Of a DNA stretch of 64,000 bases, positions 54,629 to 64,000 are shown in pieces. The stretch comes from Bugula neritina. Its lineage: Eukaryota > Animalia > Bryozoa. The notes below the pieces were generated by a model. The model searched no databases. It was given only the letters and a program-made list of their open reading frames with translations, and was not told where the DNA came from. The position numbers were made by a program, and so were the translations under genes. The first letter of the stretch is position 1, and every line of letters starts with the position of its first letter. The stretch spans positions 19,422,628 to 19,486,627 of the forward strand of contig OZ037767.1 of NCBI GenBank assembly GCA_964035545.1. The letters are read 5' to 3'.

Positions 54629-55833
54629 ATGCATATAATTTCCTGTAAAAGTTATTTTCTAATAACTTCTTTAAATTTTATGAACTACTAAATATTTTGC
54701 TTTGTATTGCCGAAAACTTACTAAGTAAATTATTAACATCAATAAAATGTTCAGCTAAATATTTCATTTCTATAATAGTATATTTGAAGTTTAGGAGACA
54801 GTTATGCTTTTCAGATTCGGTATTCCTATACTAAATAAAAATGACTTGGATTAAGGAAAATTGACCAAAACTTAATTTACTTTTGCCAAACTATTGAATT
54901 TTTTATCTATAGTCAAGTATAGCCAAACATACATGAAATGCAATAACATCATTTTTAATAAAAACGAAGTTAGTAATTTTTTTTGCGGGTTATAAAACCT
55001 TTTACATGTCTACACATTGTAACACTTTAAATGATCATTGTGTTTAATTGCAATTCTGTTTAACTCAGCAACAGAATAATGTATATTATTGATGCTGCCT
55101 ACAAAAAGCAAACCAGAATCCAATTACTGCTGTATCAGCCTCATGCACAAGTTCCTATGTGCATATATAATTTTAGTGAGCTTGCAAATTTTTTTGCCAA
55201 TAATGATAAGTTACAAATTATAACTGCATGTGAAAGTCTATAAAAGCTGTTATGTAAATATTACCAAGAAGTTGCTTCCACTTGTCATAAACTACTCAAT
55301 AAACTGTAATATTGCAAATCTTTTCGAGACCTGTTCATCAAGGACAGAGTATGCTATAATGAAACTTTCAGATTTCTACCAGCTTGCAAAGGCTCAGTGA
55401 TGAACTAACTAACTAATTACTGAGTGTCTTAAGTGATTTGGTTTTACACTGAAGACACTCATTGGTGTTTCCCATCACTCTTACAAAGTAGAGAATGCGA
55501 CTAAAACTACTACAGCACTATATAGTCAGACAAGTATTAACATTCTGAAATTCATGTTTAGTGCAAGAATTACTGCAGTCACAGCACAAAGGTTAGAAGA
55601 AGCACATAGCTAATCATATTAATATATGCAACCGGCAAAGTCGTATTTGGGAAACTTTTATTTCTAGGTGCCAATTATTAGGTCATATTTATACAAGGTG
55701 CTGTATTTGAACCTAGATAGATAGTACAACGTATTTTATAGCCATTTACGTCAAAAATAGATCTTATCTGACCAGCTGCACTCATTCTCAAGCTGACTCG
55801 GCATTTACTCCCATAACCTACTCCACCAACTAT

Positions 55834-57164
55834 ATGTTAGTCACCATGTTTACAGCTGCTAGTATCTGTCTTTTGCTAGCGTCAGCAGATGCTTTTCTAT
55901 TTGACAGCATTTTTGGGAGCAGCAGCAGTAAGTTAGTAAATATAGCTGGTTTATTGCTACATGGGCCAAGGATATTTTATTAGTAAAGTGAACTAACATT
56001 CAATATTGTGTAGCAATTATATTCAGAAAATTCTTTCGGATCACTCAATTTGATGTATTTTTAATTTAAATTTTACTTCAAATCATTTATTTGTGTGATC
56101 ATTTGTTGAATGCAATATAAAATATATAATTTATGCCCTTGTGTTGCTTATTTAAATTTTACTTTACAAATTATTTTTCATAAATCTCAAAATTTTTGTA
56201 GATGCAGAATGGAATGGGCTCAAAGGTAAATAAATGTTCAATATATTGATAGCTAACAGCTAATGATTATGAGCATTATCAATATGACTATGTAACGCGT
56301 TGATGATTGTATATGTATGTATTGATCATTTTGCCCTCCCCTCCTGGGATTCAAGCGCAAGATCTTCGGTTTGCAAGCATGTGCTACCATAACACCACGA
56401 GGACCACTGGGTAAACTCATCACTACAGTATGCATGTGTTGAGCAAACCCATGACCACGTGTTTACTAAGCCAGTGCTCTGACCCCTCGACTACGGCTGC
56501 TTCTTTGAATGTTAGAGCGACTCTTAATAATAATTATTGGCACAAGTGAGTTCTCTTATTTCAGCTGTGGCAGGCATCAACCCTTTCAGTTCATTCTACA
56601 GTCAGCCAAGAACCGTGTCAGAGGCAGTAAAAGATGGCTGGAAGTTGGACACCTCAGCTGGTGGTTGTAAGTGTGGCATATCATTATAGTATATAGAAGT
56701 TGTATGCTCAGATATCTCGCCAAATAGGAATGATATATACGCCAACTGTATTTAGGAAACACACCTAGTAATGCAATAGTTTAATTCATCTGCTGGCACT
56801 TAGAACTTAATGAACTTCAAATGTAGATGTTATAGAATGTATTCCATGCAGTTTAAAAATGGTATTCATGCTTTTCAACCTCAATTGATATTTTGACCAG
56901 CTTCAGCATAATATAGAGATTACGTTAAAGTTGAACTATAAGTGTGTGTAAAAATATTAGTAATTGTTATTTAGATTTTTTACTCATATATATTTAGATT
57001 AAGGCATTATATACTGCAGGTGGTAAAACAGGTACCAAGTTCAATGGATACAGGTATCGAAAAAATGATGAGCAAGCAATAATGCTGCTCTTTGATATTA
57101 ATGGCTACATTGCTGGTATACAAGCAGGTGTGAGTATACACCCCTTTAATTTTATATATATATT

Positions 57165-57229
<65 letters not shown>

Positions 57230-59981
57230 ATATATTATTATATAGTATATATACTGTGTGTCGTGTCTAATGTTACAATACCACACCGGAGGTCGGAAAA
57301 AGAGGACCGCGTCTAAGCGGATATACCCCCAGCGGGGCTGAGGTTAGAAATTTGAATCTTAGACAAGTTGAGTTTAGGTTTCGACTGGCCAGCCATAGTA
57401 TTATTTTTAAATTCTTGTTTTACTACTGTTAACGTATTTTGTCATTAACTGCAACGTCTACATCTTCATATGGAGGTAAGAATACAACACTGTATATACA
57501 GTATATATACTGTATATGACTTTTTTTAATATAATATATTCACTTTAATTTTAAAAGTAAATAAAAACATCAAAGCAAAGCAATTTAAATAACTAGTCCA
57601 CATCTTTATATCACAGCACAAGATTTTAGCTTGTGAAGAGTGATGATGGTAGCATTGACAGTGATAATGTTATTAATAAATTATACACTTGTGATTTAGC
57701 CTGCTACCCAAACAAAACAAAGCGGAAATAGGTGAGAATAGATGAGAAAAATACTTTTGGTTTAGGATACATATTAAATATACATGTCTTTATATTTTAA
57801 TTCTAAATTAGATACCCAAGTATCTTAGCAACTACCCAGCTCCGCAAAACTCCAAGTATCACGTTTTCAATGAGGAAAAAGACATGTGGGTTGTCACGGC
57901 ATATTTCACTGAGCCAGGTAAAGCTTATAAATATTGTCTAAAGAAATTAAAAGATAAGTTGTAAATTATTTGATCTTTAAATCACAATTATAATGATAAA
58001 TTACAATAATCCATTTAGGAGCAGCAGTGGAGAAATTTAGATAGTCTCAGATCTTTAATTTTATTATTATATTTTGGTTAGGGGTTAGAGTTGAAATGCT
58101 TGTGACAATATAACCTCTTATGCTACATCTCTAATCTAGAACGCACAGGCTTTTCTCAATTTCTTCATTACTGAAACCATCTCCAACAATCACCGTTATA
58201 TATTATAATGAAGCAAGTTTGTATAATTACCAAAAGCATTCTAATATGAGAACAAGTTTCTTCTGCAGATAATCCTTTCTGTAGATAATATTTGTACAAC
58301 TGGAAGAACAGAGGCTGACTATAGGAGAGATGGCACTGGCACCATGCTGGCCTTTCAGATGGGGCCGTCTGCCAGTCACCTGATGAGAATTCCTCTAGAC
58401 GAGCACGAAGTTGTGTCTAAGACAAACTTCACGGAAGGCAAATGCTTCTATACAATGGGTAAAGAATAATCTTTTTTCCAGTACAAGTGCTATTTATATA
58501 ATGAGTAAAATTTAGATAAAGGTAGATTTTATTCAAAAAGATATGAACAGCTGAAAAGTTACTTCTTGCTTGTTTCTTAAGTTGCTCAAATATTTTATAA
58601 AAGAAATTAATGCAACTGTGCAAAAGATGCAGGCATTATATTTCTCCAAAAATACTAATATAATTTGTAAAGCCTCTGCTTTAATATATATACATAGTCT
58701 ATGGTTTAATTATTGACATATGACAGAAGATATAATTTAAGGTATATTATGCCGAATATAAATTGTATATCCAAAACCACATGACGTACTAAAAATAATA
58801 GAAACATACTAAAACAGTTCAGCAATAGCTTTCAGAATAATGGGATCAAAAATGCAAGTGATTTAACCTAATCAACATCAAACAATTTCTACTTTTGCTA
58901 TTTTCAATTTACATGAGATGGAAAACGCAAAAGAGGTTATGTTGTTCAGTTGTTTATTTGGCAAACTCACCCTGATAGAGGGTGGAAGTATAATTTAAGA
59001 TGGATACATACACTTTGCTATATTATGATTTTAGTGTTTGAGAGGTTGACTTTGATTTAACAGATTATCTCTTCTGTTTTTTTTACAAGGTATGCACTAC
59101 TGGTATGACATCAGTGACACCTGGGACTGTGATGAAACATTTCCTGTCTTTTTATTATACAACAACAAACGACTCAACGGGTTTGGGTGGGCTTTCAACC
59201 CCAACCTTAACAACAGTGCTTTTTGGGAACACCCGGTTAAGGAGCAGTTTTCGGTAAGTGTTACTAAACTAATATTTTTAGTGGTTAATCTTAAATTGTT
59301 TTTATTATTATCTAAATAAATTACCTAATTTAAAGTAATACAAACAGTTTTCACCTAAGAAGTTGAATGTTAGATTTGATGCTATGCTATAAACAAGTTT
59401 ATTATCAACAAATTTATGTCTACTTCTATGGTTTGTTGCCAGACATTGATTTGGTTGCTTCTTTGTGATTTAAAAAATGCAAAGTAATTGTGCAAAAAGC
59501 TTTTCTATTGCCCCAATACAGAATATTTTACTACTATTACTTAATGTTTAGAAATTTGTCTTTTCTATGTTTTACAACACATTTATTTAGTCTAGATATA
59601 TACATACAGCTGCAATATTGCAATTGCCTGTTCTTTCAGGTTTTGATTTTAATAGATAATAGTTGTTTATTGTTACATACTATTTTGAAGTGTTACGCAA
59701 TTGTTTTAAAACTGCGTTGTTAGTTAAATAATTGTGTAAGAGTAGGTATTGTAAATGTTTTTAGTTTTTTTCATATTTGAAAAAATTTGAAATAGTAATT
59801 TTTCTACTAGTATAAAACAATGTATTGCATTAAATAATATTGCTATATTATTGACATAGAAATTATCATCTGTTATTTGTAGACGTTCATGATTACCCCG
59901 CCTCCGTGTTTAGGAAAGGATGGTCCAGTAAGCACTCTACACATATACATGACAGACAGTCCAAGACTTAATTTCTGCTGA
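55834..59981 (+). CDS. Uncharacterised secreted protein B (tandem paralogue of A), ~290 aa
   Basis: Exons 55834-55927 (alternative ATG 55846), 56202-56225, 56565-56666, 57020-57129, 57812-57917, 58285-58458, 59090-59253, 59883-59981; same intron positions and phases as A. Confidence 0.88.
56335..56502 (-). mobile_element. Two adjacent tRNA-like SINE heads in an intron
   Basis: 56445-56502 is the head of the main SINE family (GCAGCCGTAGTCGAGGGGTCAGAGCAC...); 56335-56408 is a different degenerate tRNA-like head. Confidence 0.5.
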
Positions 59982-60844
59982 ATTAATGCAATTATTCTTG
60001 GAAGTTGCTGAGAAATAAAATTATTTCATCAAGTCAAAAATACAAACTCCCACTAGTTAACTAAAACTTTTAATACTAGTTATATAATATAGACTATTAC
60101 TAGCTATATATTAGGCTATAGATTATTATACTACTCATATATAGAATAATATATATATATATTAGTTATATATAAACAAAATTAGTCATATCATATATGA
60201 AATAATATTAGTTAAATTTAACTAGTTATAAGTTTAAATTTAATTAACTCCCTTCATAGCAGTTCAATCTAGCATTAAATTATCAGTAAAATGTTTCACA
60301 TATATTCAGCTTGTTATATGACTGTTTTATTAAATAGTTAAAGGCATTTATATGGAGACTGAAAAAGCATTGCATATTGTTATACGTAGTAACTATACAT
60401 CCAACCTCATGAGCAATTTGAGGTAACTTATTGGACTTTCTTTAAATTCTAAAAAGTAACATTGATGTGAAAACTTCAAAAAGTTTACAAGTAAACACTA
60501 GTTGAAGCCGTTGAGCCTTGATATAATACTGTATGGCCAGATAAACTCTGCATTTGGCACATGAGGTAAAGATTATAATATCTGTTTGACAGCTTTGATG
60601 ATAAAATTCATACAATATTTCAATATTTCATTCTCTATACAAAAAAGTAAGAAATACTTCCGTAAGTTCATTCTATGAAAAGAGATACTTCCAGAGCACC
60701 TTGTACAAAAATAAATGCAATCTAATTCCTTGTAAAAACATTAAGTGGAAAGACAAGATAAAGCGGTAGAGACTATATTATTTACTACAATAATTTTCTG
60801 TAAGTCACTCTTTCAGCTGCTGTAGAGTCAAACAGGAAATAGGC

Positions 60845-63800
60845 TTATAATTTGTCGAAATTGCCTTGGATTGTCGCAGTAATTTCTTGTCGGCAAAGTG
60901 GACAGTTCGTCATTGCAGCGGCACACGCTGTGCAACAAACTAAAATAAGATGTGTTATAGTAAGTCAATCAATTCATAATATCTAAGTGTAAATCAATGA
61001 AATCACTGCACCAGTTTACAAAATATTAAAGCATATTAGATTATTACCAGATCATTTTAGTATACATATATGGTGCCAAATACTTCAACTACAGAAACGC
61101 AGTTGCTCTGTGTTACATAATGGTAAAAAAATCTGCTTACCAAAATGCCCACATGGCAGAAAAATTTCTTTTATAATGTCAGAAAGACAGATTTTACACA
61201 GGAGCTCCGACAACAGATTTTGTGCTGTTTGTCTAATATCTAAAAGCAAACACATTTTGAAAGTTTCAACAAAATTAACATAGAGCGTTCAAATGATTGC
61301 TTTCAGAAAAACATGCATAATTTTATAATATCAAAATTCCATTATTTTATTTTTAATTTTCAATCTCTTTACTACTTTTATTACTTTTTAAATTTGCAAT
61401 ATATAAATATGTATATTAGCCTATTATGTATAATGCAGTGCGTATGAACAAGTAGAACCTACCGGAGTGACTTTCTATTCTAACAGGTTGAGATTCAGTT
61501 GTTTGCAGCTGGTCTCTGCTGACCCTATCAACTTCAACTTCCTCAACTCTCTCCGTCTCATCACCAGTAAGGCTTGTCTCTGTGTCACTTTCATTCTCTG
61601 AACTATCAGTTGCATCTGGGAGCCAACACACATCAGCTGCCTCAGGTGTTTGCGGAGGACCTGTGCCTGCCTGCTTGTTAATAGCCACCACTATTTCTGT
61701 CAAATACCTGAAATCCTGCTCTCCTTTCTGGAAAGATACAAATTCTAATAAATGAGTATTTATCATCTAACATGCTCATTCAAAATATAATGTGTGAAGA
61801 ACTGTCTATTAGCATGTATAATATGCTTAGTTAGAGTGAAATGTGCTCATTGGCATTGAAATTTATTGAATCTAAAAACATGAATGTCTCACGAGATTTA
61901 ATTGCGTCCAAATATGCTATTTATCTGTTACTGCAAGAAATATTCACGACAGTTATAAATCAAAAACACTATTAATGGAAAACTAACACGTGATATCTGA
62001 GCCTACCTTGATTTTGTTTCCAACTACAACTTTTACATCAGTTCTGTCGAGACCCATTTTCAGAGCTCTTTGCACTACATCACTATCCCATCTGGGTCTC
62101 ATCATCCTGGTAGTTACTATCTACAATGTGTAAGTTTGTTACATGCTTCTAGGGAAAACTTTGAAATACTTTGTGATGCATCAAAAATATAAACATTTCT
62201 TTTAGAAAAAAAGGGATTAACATATTTATTGTCAACTGCAGTAATGTTTTGCTAGTTTTACATTTACTTTTCCTATATTTGAATGCAGCTTATGCTATTT
62301 TTATATGCTCTATTTTTCAACAATAAAAAACATAGCTTACAGAAAACTACATAATTCGCATTATTATGAACTAATTGCTTTTTAATTTGACTCCTGGGTT
62401 ACTAGTATTCCAAGTTAGAATCTTCTAGTCTGCTGAATGTCTTGCTTATGCAACAGTTTTATAAGCTCCATGTACCAAAAAGCTGATGATTTATATGGCC
62501 AAATTTCGCAACATCAATTGAGAAAAAAAGAACTTTACTTGTAAATTCCTTGCTGAAGAATTTAGATAAATCCTACTCCAGATAACTTGAACATAGAGAA
62601 TATCTATCGTGAAAAATGCACTTTGACACAACCTTCAACCTTCCATTTTACTAGTCATACATCTGCTTTACCAGAGCTTTATCAAGTAAAATATGTGTAA
62701 GTTTTACTCACAGAAATCTTGTCTTCTGGTTCTCCTTCCCTGTACACACCAAACTCTTCTACCACGGAACTTATGTACTCTCTTCCTTTCTCCTGGACTA
62801 TGAACTGACATTTACCAGATGTCCTGGCATGTCTCTGGAATGGATCTTCATTTGTTCTCCAATTCGCAGACACACACCCACAATAAAAGCACGTCACAGC
62901 ACCGTCAGCACCTCCTAAAAACAAGCATTGTTCCACAACAACTATAGGTTCTCCTAATAGTGCTATATCATATTTTTGAGTTGGTTAATTATCTCCCCTT
63001 GCTAGTATATGCACATAGGAGGCACAACTCTATTTATGTAAATTAGCTGCCACAGTATAAGTATAGAAGTGTAGAAGCGAGCAGTCGTAGTCCAGGGGTT
63101 AAAGTGTTTGACTAAGCAAGCACAGAGTCATGAGTTTGAGCCCGACAAAGGCCATTAGTGAGGTGTGGAAGAGCATCCAGTCATAATTGCTCCTATGGCA
63201 CCTGGAAATGAATAAGTCCTTAACCTGAGTACAAAAAACCTTTCCATCAGGAGTTCTCACATGGATGGCTACTATAAACTTATATGTAGGTGTGGCCTGC
63301 ATGATGAAGAGGATTAGTATAAGAAGTATATTATAAGAGAGTGAGTGCAAATAGATTGCAGGACCATAGCTTGTGCACATACTTAGTTACTCAATAAATA
63401 CATAACTTGTATATACAGAGAGATCATGAATGAGTTGAGAATCCTAATAAGAATGTATTGTAGAGAGTGCTCCATCCAAGATTCTAAAATGAGGAGCACC
63501 ACCAGATGGATAACCTAACCCAGAGTTCTAACTTTTTTAACAGATCGTCAGGAGCTGGAGTTACCAAGCAACTCGTACCCATACCAATACACCGACCACT
63601 AAGCTAACCTGGAGGCTACAATATGATATTCTATTTTGTGGATTAATTGAATAGCATAAAAACTTTTAATGCCACGTTGTAGCAACAGTAAAACTAGACA
63701 AATTTTGAAACACTTTCACTACCAATTATTTTAGCTCGTTAGAAACTTTAAGGGGTTGTTGTATTTATTCAAAGCTACTTCTAGTATGTATACAAATAAT

Positions 63801-64000
63801 ACTAAGAAATATATTACGTTTAGAAGATAGACCTATTATATAATTTAATTATTTGGCTGACATACCTTGAAAAAAGTAGCCGGCTTGACACAGTTTCTCA
63901 ATCATTAGCTTCTGGGGGTAAGAAAGAAGAGTCTGCAGACGTCTCTCTGCAACAGCAAACTCGGGAAACCTGGCTAACTGAGATCTAATACCAAGATGGG
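60845..64000 (-). CDS. Inhibitor-of-apoptosis (IAP/BIRC-like) protein: BIR-UBA-RING, 5' end outside the window
   Basis: Exons >64000-63866 (ERRLQTL...KLCQAGYFFQ), 62914-62712 (VTCFYCG...W...EDPFQRHARTSGKC), 62120-62007 and 61727-61463 (UBA-like VVQRALKMG..., acidic linker), 61239-61141 and 60939-60845 (RING CKIC...FLPCGHFVCCTAC...CPLCR). Confidence 0.9.
63081..63281 (+). mobile_element. Near full-length tRNA-derived SINE-like repeat in an IAP intron
   Basis: GCAGTCGTAGTCCAGGGGTTAAAG...GAGTTTGAGCCCGACAAAGGCC head plus the family body. Confidence 0.78.

Noticed and set aside
57252-57497. Possible TA-flanked MITE in an intron of secreted protein B
   Set aside because: Terminal inverted match is weak and there is only one copy in the window.
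63081-63160. Possible tRNA genes at SINE heads
   Set aside because: Degenerate cloverleaf, always attached to the same downstream repeat body; treated as SINEs.

Overview
AT-rich, intron-containing genomic DNA of an invertebrate animal (GT-AG introns, TATA/Inr promoters, long (TA)n tracts); the species cannot be determined from the sequence. Most short ORFs in the supplied track are microsatellite artefacts or single exons, so the gene models below were spliced by hand. 2.4-29.1 kb: a tandem cluster of five + strand genes for small secreted precursors I do not recognise. They share a signal peptide, a DPVVATL...LEV.I(R/K)ASDF pro-region, a hypervariable Pro/Ser/Thr/Lys linker and a conserved C-terminal SFVGN(P/A)PI-G followed by KR, RRRR or a stop codon, which is a predicted amidated C-terminus. 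Two of the genes lie in a ~6.6-kb tandem duplication whose (TA)n junctions carry a ~275-nt repeat containing an intact type I hammerhead ribozyme (retrozyme/Penelope-like). Further right: two decayed copies of a possible secreted-protein gene (32.7-38.1 kb), a B-box/coiled-coil/NHL gene (+), a convergent single-pass NHL-propeller membrane protein gene (-), two tandem paralogues of an uncharacterised secreted ~285-aa protein (+), and the 3' part of a BIR-UBA-RING IAP gene (-). PIF/Harbinger-type MITEs and a tRNA-derived SINE family are interspersed.
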